Source of the DNA: Candidatus Rifleibacteriota bacterium
GTDB lineage: Bacteria; Muiribacteriota; Ozemobacteria; Ozemobacterales; Ozemobacteraceae
NCBI GenBank assembly: GCA_015232575.1
Contig: JADFZL010000004.1
Location: 14,381-78,380 of the forward strand
Length of the DNA: 64,000 nucleotides
Direction of reading: 5' to 3'
Below are positions 37,675-48,350 of the stretch, piece by piece (positions within the stretch are counted from its first letter, which is position 1; the number at the start of each line of letters is the position of its first letter). The translations under genes and the position numbers were made by a program. Below the pieces are notes generated by a model. The model did not search any database and was not told the origin of the DNA. It saw only the letters and a list, made by a program, of their open reading frames with translations.

Positions 37675-38442
37675 ATGAAGGTAAGATCATTACTGGGAAT
37701 CGTTCTTCTTGTTTCGTTTATTGCGGGTGGTGCCGCGTGGGCGTTCCATGACTATCGTGATCTCCAGATGGCCAACTCAATGAGAGATCGTGGTGACTTC
37801 TATGGTGCCAGAGGACTTTATTACAGAATTGCTACGGATTATTCAACTTCAGACAGTATTCGCAGGGAAGCCGGTTATTTCGTGGGCTTCTGCAATGTCA
37901 GACTTAACGATCACTGGGCAGCAATCAAAGATTTCAATTGGTTCCTCAAAAATTTTGACAATGGTAATCCTGCTTTTATTGCTGATGCAATCTTTGTTCT
38001 TGGAAGAACTTTCGAAGTTGTGAACGATTACATTGCTGCCAAAAGATGCTATTATGATTGCGCAAGACGTTTCCCCTATTCTGAATTTTCTGCAAAATCA
38101 AAAGACAGACTCAGAATGATGGGCGAGTATATCAATTTCTCAGTTTCTTCAATGAATATGGCTGATTCCAATGGTGAAGCAGCTGTTGAAGGTTCTGCTG
38201 ATTCAACACAGAAAGTTCAGATTGGCGCAGCCTCTAAGAACGATCCATTCGCAGGTTTCGAAATTGACCAGGCAAAAGTTAACCGTGTAAACAAATTCCT
38301 CATGTCAGTTGAAAAAATGGAAAATGTTGACGCTGCGGTTCGCGAACTTGCACCAGAAGATGGTCGCCTCGAAGTAGTTAAAAAAGGTCTTTCTTCACTC
38401 AAGGAAAAAAATAAATTCAATAATTTGCACGATGCAAAGTAA
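37675..38442 (+). CDS. Secreted tetratricopeptide-repeat protein (YbgF/BamD-like TPR pattern)
   Basis: Signal peptide ending AWA; TPR-like units (EAGYFVGFCN, DAIFVLGRTF, RRFPYSEFS); GGAGG RBS. Confidence 0.75.
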   Translation: MKVRSLLGIVLLVSFIAGGAAWAFHDYRDLQMANSMRDRGDFYGARGLYYRIATDYSTSDSIRREAGYFVGFCNVRLNDHWAAIKDFNWFLKNFDNGNPAFIADAIFVLGRTFEVVNDYIAAKRCYYDCARRFPYSEFSAKSKDRLRMMGEYINFSVSSMNMADSNGEAAVEGSADSTQKVQIGAASKNDPFAGFEIDQAKVNRVNKFLMSVEKMENVDAAVRELAPEDGRLEVVKKGLSSLKEKNKFNNLHDAK

Positions 38443-38481
38443 TTAGGAACTGATTTTTTAAAATAATCAAGGAGGAATACT

Positions 38482-40491
38482 ATGCGCCGTTTGTATGTAA
38501 TTGTTCTTGCTTCGGTTGTTCTGCTCGGAGGTCTTCCGATTAATGCAGCACCGAGCCCATTCGAAGAGAACAACACAAAAATAAATCTTAACCAACAGGT
38601 TTCGGCCACATCCGGAACAACACAGGATCCAAATGCTATTTCCCCGCAGTCGGTTGATCAGTTGCTTGTTCAAGTTTCTGCCGGCAATGCCCTTTCTGGC
38701 CAATACGGCGGAAATCATGTAATCAAACATGCTATTATCAAAGGTTCTGTCTTTCTGAAAGACGAAACCGGCGGTGATTATGAGCGCGTAAGACTTATTG
38801 ACAGAATCTTTTCGCAGCATGGCTGCAAGTTGACAAAACAGCAGAAAAATCCGAAGGAATCAGGCAACTTCTTCAACAAGAAAAGATGGATGGAAGCTAC
38901 TTACGAATTTGAGGGTAAAGATTATGTAGTTACTGCAATTATTGGTTACTACTCAGGCAAAAAACTTGCCGACGTTTCCCCCGAATCTATTCCAACAGAG
39001 CCAGACCTTGCTGAAGCAGTAGCTCTTGAAAAAAGAGCAGCCGAAGATGAAAAAGCCATTCTTGCATGGGAATTTGAACTTGACAAACTGATTGTTGAGC
39101 TTCCACAGAAGGGCGCTTTTGATTTCAGTGGCAAGAACAGAATTAAGGCCAGAATGGAAGAAATCAACAATACCCTTATTCCAAATAAGATGAGTGCTAT
39201 TGCCCAGGCGAAACAGCAGGCTGTCAGTAAGCTTAACGCGCTTGCAGTGAGCTATCAGAACAAGGGTGATTATGCTCAGGCACTTGCTTACTATAAACTT
39301 CAGGGAATTAATGATAACGCGACCAGAATTAACGCAGGCGATTGTTATCAGGCACTGCAATCTTATGATTCAGCTATTGCAATGTATTCAGCTGTCAGTC
39401 CACAGACTGAAACCTCGGTTCTTAAGGTGGCAGATTGCAGACACGCTCAGGGTAAAGATGCTGAAGCCGCAGCAAAACTTATGGAAGTCTTGCAGAGTTT
39501 CAACAACTCAACCGAAGAGCAGGCTGCTCTAAGAAAGATCGACGAATGGGGTATTCTCACCAGTCAGCCAGCCCTTGCACCTCAAATCAGCGATATTTAC
39601 CTGCGGAAAGCATTCATAAATGCTGGAAATACCTCTGCAGCAGCAGCTGCCGCAGCTGATTACAAACGCGCTTGTGAGTTGAAAGCAGCTGGAAATGGTG
39701 CTGAAGGCTCCAGACAGATTGTCGCCGGATACCAGGCTGCAGTAAACAAAGATAACCAGGATATTAATAACGCACGAATCGCCGCTGACAGCCGATTCAA
39801 CAGGGAACGCGAAAATGCAAGAATTTCTCTTGTGTCAGCAGAACGCAATTACGACAATGCTATGATAAGAGCTCGTGTTCAGTACAACGAAGAAGTTCGT
39901 TCCGTTGAGTCAAGACTCAGCTCAGCACGTTCAAGACTTTCTTATCTTCAGAGTCATCCTCCTGTGACACCTCCCAGCACTGGTGGAACTGATCCATACG
40001 GTGGTTCAACCAAGCCTTCAACTGGTGGTTCCTCAACTGATCCATACGGCGGCTCGACCAAGCCTTCAACCGGTGGCTCCTCTACAGATCCATACGGCGG
40101 ATCAAGCAAGCCTTCAAACAGCGGTTCAAGCACAGATCCATATAATGCCGGGACAGACCCATATTCAGGTTCTAGTGGAACAGACCCGTATTCAGGCGGA
40201 ACCGGTGGTTCTTATGAATATCAGCTTTCCCAGGCACGTGCAGAAGTTTCAAGGCTTGAGAGAGAATTAAGTTCACTCAGATATGATCAGGCTGGTTACA
40301 TTGCCAGAAGAACAGCAATTGAGGGTGCAGCGCTTCAGAATGCACAGAGCAATTACAGAAGATACGATCTCAGCAAAAAAGATGCGTATATCGAAAACGA
40401 CAGCGCAGTTTCAGCTGCAAGAAGCAATCTTGCATCTCACCAGCGTGCGCTTTCTACAACTCAAAGACTGGCTGCTGCAAACGGTTTCTGA
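38482..40491 (+). CDS. Secreted TPR/coiled-coil protein with a Ser/Gly/Thr-rich TDPY-repeat insertion
   Basis: AAGGAGG RBS, signal peptide, TPRs ([29 protein letters not shown]), coiled coils flanking a low-complexity repeat. Confidence 0.8.
   Translation: MRRLYVIVLASVVLLGGLPINAAPSPFEENNTKINLNQQVSATSGTTQDPNAISPQSVDQLLVQVSAGNALSGQYGGNHVIKHAIIKGSVFLKDETGGDYERVRLIDRIFSQHGCKLTKQQKNPKESGNFFNKKRWMEATYEFEGKDYVVTAIIGYYSGKKLADVSPESIPTEPDLAEAVALEKRAAEDEKAILAWEFELDKLIVELPQKGAFDFSGKNRIKARMEEINNTLIPNKMSAIAQAKQQAVSKLNALAVSYQNKGDYAQALAYYKLQGINDNATRINAGDCYQALQSYDSAIAMYSAVSPQTETSVLKVADCRHAQGKDAEAAAKLMEVLQSFNNSTEEQAALRKIDEWGILTSQPALAPQISDIYLRKAFINAGNTSAAAAAAADYKRACELKAAGNGAEGSRQIVAGYQAAVNKDNQDINNARIAADSRFNRERENARISLVSAERNYDNAMIRARVQYNEEVRSVESRLSSARSRLSYLQSHPPVTPPSTGGTDPYGGSTKPSTGGSSTDPYGGSTKPSTGGSSTDPYGGSSKPSNSGSSTDPYNAGTDPYSGSSGTDPYSGGTGGSYEYQLSQARAEVSRLERELSSLRYDQAGYIARRTAIEGAALQNAQSNYRRYDLSKKDAYIENDSAVSAARSNLASHQRALSTTQRLAAANGF
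39988..40200 (+). repeat. Intragenic tandem repeat encoding six TDPY motifs (first four with a 48-bp/16-aa period)
   Basis: actgatccatacgg(t/c)gg(t/c)tc(a/g)accaagccttcaac recurs every 48 bp. Protein: [16 protein letters not shown] x2, [39 protein letters not shown]. Confidence 0.9.
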
Positions 40492-40538
40492 TCGTCAGAA
40501 AAATCTAATAACCCAGTTCAGTTTTGTTGAACTGACTT

Positions 40539-40578
40539 AAAAAAAATCAGGTGCTCAAATGGGCGCCTGATTTTTTTT
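40539..40578 (+). terminator. Rho-independent terminator
   Basis: aaaaaaaatcaggtgctc-aaat-gggcgcctgatttttttt hairpin (two G-U pairs) with a T8 tract. Confidence 0.85.
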
Positions 40579-40766
40579 CGGCATTCAGAACTTAACTAAA
40601 TCTGCATAAGAAAAAATACGTTGAATATGAGAAAGAACTTGTATTATACTTTGAAAGTTGAAAGTGCAAGTCTGGCTGCGGTATAATTCAAGTTAATTCG
40701 TGGGGAAAACGTGATGAACCGAGTGTCTAATTGGTAAAATTAATTTTTGGAAGGGAGTTTTCTTTT

Positions 40767-41216
40767 ATGCTGAAAAACGTGTTTATATCGATTCTGATGG
40801 TCTTACTTCTTGTCTCGGGGGGAAGCGCAATGATTCAAACTCTTCCAATTGACGAACTGGCTGGAATGTCCGATCTTATTGCAATTGCAAAGCTGAAAGA
40901 AACAAAGAAAGCTTCTGCAACTCCTGAAGGTTTTCAGATGCTCGAAAATACAATTATTATTGAAGAAGTATTGAAAGGCAGCGAAAAACCAGGCTATGAA
41001 GCTGTTTTTTCCACAATTGAAAATATGGAAGATAATCCTGTTATAAGAACTGAAGGCAAGTTCATTATTTTTCTAACAAAAAATGCCTCTCAGACCTGGA
41101 ATCTGACAAATATGGTGCAGGGCTACTGGCCGATTCTTGATGAAGGAAAATTTGCCGGAATGGGTCTTCGTTATGATATGCCAACCCTTAAAAAAGCAAT
41201 TGAAGGCAAAAAATAA
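40767..41216 (+). CDS. Secreted hypothetical protein (start re-assigned to ATG 40767)
   Basis: GGGAG RBS, signal peptide ending GSA, beta-rich pattern (SDLIAIAKL, IEEVLKG, FIIFL). Confidence 0.7.
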   Translation: MLKNVFISILMVLLLVSGGSAMIQTLPIDELAGMSDLIAIAKLKETKKASATPEGFQMLENTIIIEEVLKGSEKPGYEAVFSTIENMEDNPVIRTEGKFIIFLTKNASQTWNLTNMVQGYWPILDEGKFAGMGLRYDMPTLKKAIEGKK

Positions 41217-41872
41217 TGTCTAAAGGTGCTATTTTTGATATGGATGGCGTGCTTGCTGATACAGAGCCCGCCTATATTGAAGTAAACAGAAGATTTCTGA
41301 CTGCATGCGGTGTTGATTTTTCAAAACTTGACTATTCAGAATTTATTGGAATATCAGCACCGCTCATGTGGGGGCGCCTGAAAGAAAGGTATTCGCTGCC
41401 ACAAACTGTTGAGTGGCTTATAGCAAATGAACATGACTCTTTTAATAAATATGTTCAGGCATTCGATTCCCTTCCACATTTTACGGGCATTGATAAACTT
41501 CTGAACAGGCTTTCAGAACAGAATTACCGGATATCCATCGCTTCATCGTCATTCAGAAAGAATGTTGATCTGGTTTTGAATAAAACCGGATTAAGAAAAT
41601 ATTTTCATGAAATAGTCAGCGGAGAAGAAGTTGTAAACGGAAAACCCGCACCAGATATTTTTCTTCTGGCGGCAAAAAAACTCAATTTGTCTCCGTCTGA
41701 GTGTTTTGTAATCGAAGATTCCAATAATGGCCTGAGGGGTGCCATCGGTGCAGGAATGAAATGCATCGGTTTCAGAAATCCCACATCGGGAAATCAGGAT
41801 TTATCTGCAGCAACTTTTCTCATAGACGATTTCAGCGATTCTGTAATAGAAAAAATTATATCTTTTCAATAA
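41216..41872 (+). CDS. HAD-superfamily phosphatase (CbbY/beta-phosphoglucomutase-like, subfamily IA)
   Basis: IFDMDGVLADTE, IASSS, GKPAPDIF, VIEDS..G..GA..AGM motifs. Confidence 0.92.
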   Translation: MSKGAIFDMDGVLADTEPAYIEVNRRFLTACGVDFSKLDYSEFIGISAPLMWGRLKERYSLPQTVEWLIANEHDSFNKYVQAFDSLPHFTGIDKLLNRLSEQNYRISIASSSFRKNVDLVLNKTGLRKYFHEIVSGEEVVNGKPAPDIFLLAAKKLNLSPSECFVIEDSNNGLRGAIGAGMKCIGFRNPTSGNQDLSAATFLIDDFSDSVIEKIISFQ

Positions 41873-41883
41873 CTCGTTGTAAA

Positions 41884-42145
41884 AAAGACAAGACAAGAGT
41901 TTTTTCCGCAGATTACGCAGATTTTCAAGATCAAGATCAAGATTGTAAGATCTTGATTTTGGATTTTAGATTCAAGATTTGATGTATGAGATTTTTTGGA
42001 TTAGGAAGAGATTGTGACAGTGTTGCAGAACAGATACAATTATTGGATAACAATGCGTGCATAGGCACTTCTGAAAATGTAGAATCTGTTTTTCTCTGTT
42101 TTTTTCCGCGCCTCTGCGTCTCTGCGTGAGATCGTTCTTTTCTTC
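41884..42145. repeat. Left arm of the GCAGATT repeat element, with short tandem units (caagat, gatttt)
   Basis: Shares three blocks, in order, with 191-377: tccgcagattacgcagatt (41905 vs 212), gagattgt.....tgttgc....cagata (42008-36 vs 287-315, 23/29), ctctgcgtgagat....tcttttcttc (42120-45 vs 352-377). Confidence 0.8.
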
Positions 42146-42247
42146 TGATAAGATTTTTTCTTCATGCTTTGCTGCCTTTTTGCCGAAATACTAACTGAAT
42201 AGGATTCTTTTTTTGCTTGGTTTTCAAGAAAAGGCAGGAGTAAAGAC

Positions 42248-45200
42248 ATGAGGAGAAGTAGCATATTTCGTGTGCTGATTTTTTTGGTGTATCTGTTGAG
42301 TTTACAGGTTCACCTTCTGGCGGGTATTGAAAATTTAAAATGTACCATTACCGAACCAGCAGATACCGTCGGAAAGAAATTTAATTCTGGTGTAAGTGTT
42401 AAGTTGAATGCCAGTTGGGCAGGGGTAGCTACGCCTCCTTTTTCTGCGAGCTTTTTTTCCTCATCCGGGGCAGCGTCAAACGCACTTGGAACAACCGTTA
42501 CAAGTGGAAACAGCGCTGATTTTGTCACAACTGGCTCATCATTGGGCGCTGGGCAGAAGGGCTTCAAAGTAGAAGTTTATGAGACCTCAATACCAAATGC
42601 CACAATGTTGTCAGCAGCTTCTGACAAGAATATCGAAATCGACCTTATTCCACCTGCAATTACCGTTTCTCTTGATAACGGCTCTGTCTTTTCCCCGGGT
42701 ACTGGTTTTAATGTAGTAAAATTCACCGTTAGATCAAGCAAAAATGTTCAAGGTGTTCCTGATGTTACTATTTCTCCGGAAATTGCAGGTGCTTCGCCTG
42801 CTCCCGACGGAACGCCTACCGAAACAACTTTCAGATATACTCTTCAGCTTCCAACAAATGTTGTTGCAGGTGCTTATTCAATAAGAGCAGTCTGCAAAGA
42901 TACGACTCTTCCTCTCGATACAGCTAACTCCGGAAGCGGACAGACAGGTTTTACTGTAAAAAGCGATGGTCCTCAACCACCGACTGTAACCGTTTCAGAA
43001 CCAGTTTCTCCAATACAGCAAAAAAACTTTGTGGTGAAAGGGAAAATTACTAATGGAATGGTGAAACTTTCACTTCACGAAGGTGCTACGAAGATATCAG
43101 ATGCCGTCATTAACGGACTTGACTGGACTGCCACCGTTGCCAGCACTACTGAGGGTGAGCACAGATACACTGCAAGGGGTGCTGATGCTCTTGGGAACGT
43201 TTCCCCGGATTCTGCTGAAATCATCGTAAAGGTAGATATTACTCCACCTGCACGCGGAGTTCTTGTACAGCCGCAAAGTCCGACATCATCAGCAAAAATA
43301 AACATATCTGGAACATCTGCTGTTGATGCACTGAACAACGGAGTAAATTCTCCACCCGTTAAAGTTGGGCTGTATGCTATGGACGGGACAGAGATTGGTT
43401 CTGTTTCAGCAAATCTCGATGGATCGTTTACCTTTCTGAATGTGAATCTCTCTGATGGTGATAACCTGTTTTATGTAGTTACAGAAGATTCTGCTAATGG
43501 TCCTCCGGGAAACAGATCGACACCTTCTGTGCCTATAAGAGTTTTCCGTGACAATTCAGGTTCAACCGTTGCAACAGTTTTGATCGGATCATCCCAACTT
43601 GCATCTCAGCCAATTCCTTTAAGCGCAGACACCTGGCTGACAGCAGGAAATTACGGAGTTAAGATTGATTTTACGAAGGATATGGACGCCTCGTCTAAAA
43701 CTGCAATTTCCTACACACCTTTGAATGGAACTGAGCAGGTAAGCAATAACGGCTCCTGGATAGCATCAAGATCATTTTCGGGCATTATTACCATTCCAGG
43801 CGGACAATCTGCAGTTTACGATGGTCTGGCACCGGAACTGAAAATTTCTGCTGCAAAAGACATTGCAGGGAATGTAATGGCTCCACATACTATCCCGACT
43901 CCGTTTAATATTGATACTAACCCGCCCGTGACTGTAATGGATTCAATGGATACTTTATTTGTTGCAAGTGGAGCTACTTCAGTTACTATCAAGGGTTCCT
44001 CAAGCGATGCCGGCTCTGGTGTTGGTTATGTTGAAATTGCCTGGCAGCTATATTCAGGCGGAACAATTTCTTCACAGTCTGTTCCGATTTTTAATGGCGC
44101 GAATGCTTCCTGGACAGCTACCTGGGACGTTTCTACCCTTCCCGCCGGATATTACAAATTGTGGGCTATCGCTGCAGATCGTTCCAAACCAAATCCTAAC
44201 AGGGAAGCTATGATTCCAACAGGATTCAGGCTTGTTGCAGTTGACAGAGATGCGCCTTTAGTAACACGCGTGAGTATTGATGACCTTATTAAAGATATTA
44301 ATGACATGTATACCGGCACGACAGTGCCAGTTATTGCTTCGTCTGTGACAAAGCTCACCGCTGTTTTCTCAGATACCAGCGGTTGGGGAATTGATTTTTC
44401 CAGAACTGTGTTTACACTTGTACATCAAGGAAGCAGCACAAATATCGCTGGAAATTATGCCAACAACGGAACAGATACAATGTTTTTCACTTTTCCGCAG
44501 TTATCGCAGGCTGGAACATACACAGTATCAGTGAATCCGTTTGATAAAGCTGGAAATTCCATGCCACTTGTAGCAACAAGAACATTTGTTATCGACAACG
44601 GCGGACCCGTGGGAGTAAATTTTGAGCCTGTTGCAGGCATTTATGCTAATAATACCAATCCCGCAATTGCCACAGATCAGGTCTGGGCTTTTATTGATGA
44701 CCGTGAGGCTGATTATTCAAGTTCGACAATAGAGGTTGTCTATAATGGAAACACCACTGGACTTCAATTAAAGAGTGCCTCAACGACAGCCCTGGTCTGG
44801 GATTTCACCGGAGATTCTGCTACTCATACTTCCGATCAGAGCATCGATGGAAGATATAACATTACCGTAGTTCCATGGGATATTTTCGGAAATCGTGGAA
44901 ATGCAGTAAATTCACACTTCTTCCTTGATACACGGGCTCCGGTTGTTACCCAGGCTGACCCAGCGTCTTCATCCTGGAATGGTTTGTCGATGAGAACAAT
45001 AAAAGCCGGTGTTTCAGATGCTCCAAAGGATCATGTTACTTATGGCGGAGCAGCAGTTGCCAAAGATGCATCATGGCAGAATTCAAATGGCAGCGGAATC
45101 AATCAGTCTTCTGCATCATTCAGCGCAAATGTTGAGTTTCTCAGTAAAACTCTGCCTGGCGGGTTTTCTTCTGCTAACATGATGGAAATTACCATGCCAG

Positions 45201-47635
45201 CTATAGCAGTGGCAGATACTAATCCACCTGGATGGGGCACAATTACTGCAAATATCAAATTAGATGATAATGTAAACAGTCTCAGAGCTAACACTGCTTC
45301 ATACACGTGGAATTTATTCATGGATTACATGAGACCTGTAATGACTTTTTCAAAACCTCTTTCAAGCGGAAAATATTGTAAGAATAGTATCAATATTGGC
45401 GGTTCTGCAAGCGACAGAGGAGCTGCAACAAGTAATCTCTACGTTCAAAAGGTTGAAGTTTCCAAGGACCAGACAACTTACAATGCAGCAGACTTTGCGA
45501 TGGGAAAAATCGGCAGCTGGACCTATAAAATGGATATTTCTGAAATGACTGACGGTGCACATAAGTTCTATGGAAGGGCTTATGACAGAGGCAACAATAT
45601 GTCAAACCCAGATAATGCTTATGCTGATGCCGGTGTTGAAACAGTTGTTACATTTACTGTCGATAGAACTCCACCAGCACCACCGACTCCGATTATTCCA
45701 CTTAGTGACAGTATTACAAACAATCGTGGACAGCGATTTAAATGGAACAAAGTAACAGATGGTGATCAGTATCTGTTTCAGGTTGCTGATGATGCAAGTT
45801 TTAATAATGTTATCAATAACCTTATACAGAGCGGAGATGCCAGCTATACTGGTCTTCTCGGTCAGGTCACTTATCTTCCTGAAGCATCTTTTTCTGTGCC
45901 CAAAGACGGAACATTCTATTGGAGAGTTGCTTCCGTTGAACTTTGCAATGATGGTTATAACATCAGCAGTTTTTCAACAACAATGAGGTTTACAGTCGAT
46001 ACAGTCAAGCCAAAAATTCTTGAAGTGCAGCCGACACCATCGACTGGCAACAAGATCACAACCGGCATGGTAACATTTACTGTCCGGTTCAGCGAAGCCA
46101 TGGATACAACAATTCTTCCGACGGTTTCTATTACATCAGCCGGCGGTCAGCTCATGCTTATAGAGACAGTAACTTTCAAAGATAATACCTGGACGGGCAC
46201 AACCGTAATTCCAAAAGATACAAGTGCATTGTATGATGGATTGGCTGTGATTCAGGTAACCAACGCCAAGGATCTCGCCACAAACCAGATGGAAAATGAT
46301 TCGACAAACACAGTTGTAATCAATACTGGTCCTGCTTTTGAAACAAAATTGTTTTCAAATCCGGCTCATGAGTATGAAATTATGATTGTGACAAGATCAA
46401 GCGAAGCTCTTCAGGCGCCTCCAACATGTTCTGTTACACAGGGCGGAGAGAAGGTGCCGGTTGTAATGAACTTTCTGAAAGAAAAGTTCTATACCGGAGG
46501 CTATCGAATTGATCCAGAGCATTCTGGCAAGGCTTATATTGATATCAGCGGCAGCGATTTGTACGGTATGACTGGCAAAGGTTCTGTTGAATTCAACGTT
46601 GCCGGGGTAGATCTGGAAACAAGTATAAGATGGATTTCTGAGGATGCAGCGAGCGAATTGCTTATTGGCTCGGGAACATTCAGAAACAAAGCTTCTATTT
46701 ACATGCTTCCCAAAACAGGAAGTGATGCTGTTAACCCGCTGGCATCGAAAAAAGCTTCTGTAAAACGTGCATCTGCTGTTAAAGATTTGTCAGAACTTTC
46801 AAAGGAAGAGCTGGTTGAATTAAAAGCACTCGAAGAACTTGGGCCTTCCTCGGTAAAAGTCTCGAGAAAGATGCGTTTTACTACAAATTACGAGATTCCA
46901 GCGGAAATGAATATTGATCCAAAGCGTGTTGGAATTTATCGATACTCTTCAAATGGCTGGACTTACTGCAAGAGCGAAATGAAAGGCAACAAAGTCTCTG
47001 CCGAACTTGATGGGCTTGGTAAGCTTTCGTTAATGGCAGATCTCAAGGCACCCGTAATGGCTTCCATTTTCCCGTCACAGGGAGAACGGCTTGAAGATGC
47101 CGATTTTACAATTGAAGGTAAGATTTCTGATAAAGGTGCAGGTTTGCTTCTTGAATCGGTAAAGATAAGCATTGATGGGAATCAGGTTTCTGATGTTACA
47201 GTCGAAGAAGACGGAACTTTCAGATATGCGCCCAGAAAGACACTTCCAAAAGGTGATCATGTTCTTGAAATAACTGCAAGTGACAAGGCTGGAAATCAGA
47301 TTGTTACATCAATTACCTTCGTAGCGCCTGGTCCGTTTGCAATTGAAGATTTGAAAGCTTATCCAAATCCTGCAAGAGGCGATGCAATGTGGTTTGCATA
47401 CAATTTTGGGCAGAGAGCTGAGGAAATCAAGCTGAAAATCTATGATGTAGCCGGACACGAAGTCACTTCCTTTGAGACGTTTGATTTTAACGCGCTTTCG
47501 ACCGGAAAACTTAAATGGGATTTAAGAAACGATGACGGAAAGAGAGTTGCTAACGGAGTGTATCTTTATAAAATTGAAGCCATCAAAAATGGGCAGAAGA
47601 TCAAAAGCCGCGGAAAACTGGCGGTTTTGAGATAG
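42248..47635 (+). CDS. Giant secreted multi-Ig-like (Big) domain protein with C-terminal FlgD-Ig / T9SS-type-A-like domain, copy 1
   Basis: Signal peptide; many DxxPP/DxxGN-bounded Ig-like units; C-terminus AYPNP...LKIYDVAG...WDLRNDDGKRVANGVYLYKI...KLAVLR. CAGGAG RBS. Confidence 0.85.
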   Translation: MRRSSIFRVLIFLVYLLSLQVHLLAGIENLKCTITEPADTVGKKFNSGVSVKLNASWAGVATPPFSASFFSSSGAASNALGTTVTSGNSADFVTTGSSLGAGQKGFKVEVYETSIPNATMLSAASDKNIEIDLIPPAITVSLDNGSVFSPGTGFNVVKFTVRSSKNVQGVPDVTISPEIAGASPAPDGTPTETTFRYTLQLPTNVVAGAYSIRAVCKDTTLPLDTANSGSGQTGFTVKSDGPQPPTVTVSEPVSPIQQKNFVVKGKITNGMVKLSLHEGATKISDAVINGLDWTATVASTTEGEHRYTARGADALGNVSPDSAEIIVKVDITPPARGVLVQPQSPTSSAKINISGTSAVDALNNGVNSPPVKVGLYAMDGTEIGSVSANLDGSFTFLNVNLSDGDNLFYVVTEDSANGPPGNRSTPSVPIRVFRDNSGSTVATVLIGSSQLASQPIPLSADTWLTAGNYGVKIDFTKDMDASSKTAISYTPLNGTEQVSNNGSWIASRSFSGIITIPGGQSAVYDGLAPELKISAAKDIAGNVMAPHTIPTPFNIDTNPPVTVMDSMDTLFVASGATSVTIKGSSSDAGSGVGYVEIAWQLYSGGTISSQSVPIFNGANASWTATWDVSTLPAGYYKLWAIAADRSKPNPNREAMIPTGFRLVAVDRDAPLVTRVSIDDLIKDINDMYTGTTVPVIASSVTKLTAVFSDTSGWGIDFSRTVFTLVHQGSSTNIAGNYANNGTDTMFFTFPQLSQAGTYTVSVNPFDKAGNSMPLVATRTFVIDNGGPVGVNFEPVAGIYANNTNPAIATDQVWAFIDDREADYSSSTIEVVYNGNTTGLQLKSASTTALVWDFTGDSATHTSDQSIDGRYNITVVPWDIFGNRGNAVNSHFFLDTRAPVVTQADPASSSWNGLSMRTIKAGVSDAPKDHVTYGGAAVAKDASWQNSNGSGINQSSASFSANVEFLSKTLPGGFSSANMMEITMPAIAVADTNPPGWGTITANIKLDDNVNSLRANTASYTWNLFMDYMRPVMTFSKPLSSGKYCKNSINIGGSASDRGAATSNLYVQKVEVSKDQTTYNAADFAMGKIGSWTYKMDISEMTDGAHKFYGRAYDRGNNMSNPDNAYADAGVETVVTFTVDRTPPAPPTPIIPLSDSITNNRGQRFKWNKVTDGDQYLFQVADDASFNNVINNLIQSGDASYTGLLGQVTYLPEASFSVPKDGTFYWRVASVELCNDGYNISSFSTTMRFTVDTVKPKILEVQPTPSTGNKITTGMVTFTVRFSEAMDTTILPTVSITSAGGQLMLIETVTFKDNTWTGTTVIPKDTSALYDGLAVIQVTNAKDLATNQMENDSTNTVVINTGPAFETKLFSNPAHEYEIMIVTRSSEALQAPPTCSVTQGGEKVPVVMNFLKEKFYTGGYRIDPEHSGKAYIDISGSDLYGMTGKGSVEFNVAGVDLETSIRWISEDAASELLIGSGTFRNKASIYMLPKTGSDAVNPLASKKASVKRASAVKDLSELSKEELVELKALEELGPSSVKVSRKMRFTTNYEIPAEMNIDPKRVGIYRYSSNGWTYCKSEMKGNKVSAELDGLGKLSLMADLKAPVMASIFPSQGERLEDADFTIEGKISDKGAGLLLESVKISIDGNQVSDVTVEEDGTFRYAPRKTLPKGDHVLEITASDKAGNQIVTSITFVAPGPFAIEDLKAYPNPARGDAMWFAYNFGQRAEEIKLKIYDVAGHEVTSFETFDFNALSTGKLKWDLRNDDGKRVANGVYLYKIEAIKNGQKIKSRGKLAVLR

Positions 47636-47639
47636 TCTT

Positions 47640-48293
47640 ATGGAGACAGAAAAAATGGAAAAGAAAAACTTAATATTTGTCTTTCTGGTTCCGGTGTTAA
47701 TGATGCTGAACGGATGTGGTGGTGGTGTTGCCGGCGAAGGCAGCAATGACTATCCGCAAACCAGCGGCACGACAATTATCAGGGCGAATTCTTTCAATGA
47801 TAAGGGCTGGGACCTGATTTCAAAAGCTCAGTATCAAAGTGCAATAACCTCTTTTAATCAGGTGCTGGCAGATAATCCGACAGCCCAGGAAGCCTGTGAG
47901 GCAAACTCAGGGCTTGGATGGGCACGTGGTCGAATAGGCACTATGAAGGACGGTATGGAGTGGTTTGCAAAAGCAGTTGATGGTTCCAATGATGCAAAAG
48001 TTGGACTGGCTGCTGCTTATGTTCAGTTGGGTTCAAAAAGTGATCTCGAAAAAGCTGTTGATTTGCTCTATACAAAGCTAGGTGGAGAAAATCCGCACTT
48101 TCATTATACCACCTCAAGACCTACCGGTGTAAGCGATGCCGAATGTCATGCTCTTCTAGCTTTTGCGTTTGCTGGAATCGGAAAAAACGATGAAGCGACA
48201 ATTCAGCTTGATTATGCAAAGGAATTGAATCCAAATTGGCAGAATACAACAATTGACCAGATAAACAATGTCGTAGAATTCCTTAATAAATAA
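47640..48293 (+). CDS. TPR-containing lipoprotein, copy 1
   Basis: Lipobox LNG-C; TPR-like units (NDKGWDL, ANSGLGW, AKVGLAAAY, CHALLAFAF). Starts 4 nt after the giant gene. Confidence 0.82.
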   Translation: METEKMEKKNLIFVFLVPVLMMLNGCGGGVAGEGSNDYPQTSGTTIIRANSFNDKGWDLISKAQYQSAITSFNQVLADNPTAQEACEANSGLGWARGRIGTMKDGMEWFAKAVDGSNDAKVGLAAAYVQLGSKSDLEKAVDLLYTKLGGENPHFHYTTSRPTGVSDAECHALLAFAFAGIGKNDEATIQLDYAKELNPNWQNTTIDQINNVVEFLNK

Positions 48294-48350
48294 TATTGCT
48301 GTCATTTCGACTAAATTTGACCTTTCGGAGATCTCTCATTCTTTTGGTCA

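Noticed and set aside
42040..42264. 74-aa minus-strand ORF (..ISRRDAEARKK..) and 41761-41982 (..SADYADFQDQDQD..)
   Set aside because: These are translations of the intergenic repeat arm and overlap real genes; they have no RBS or family signal.
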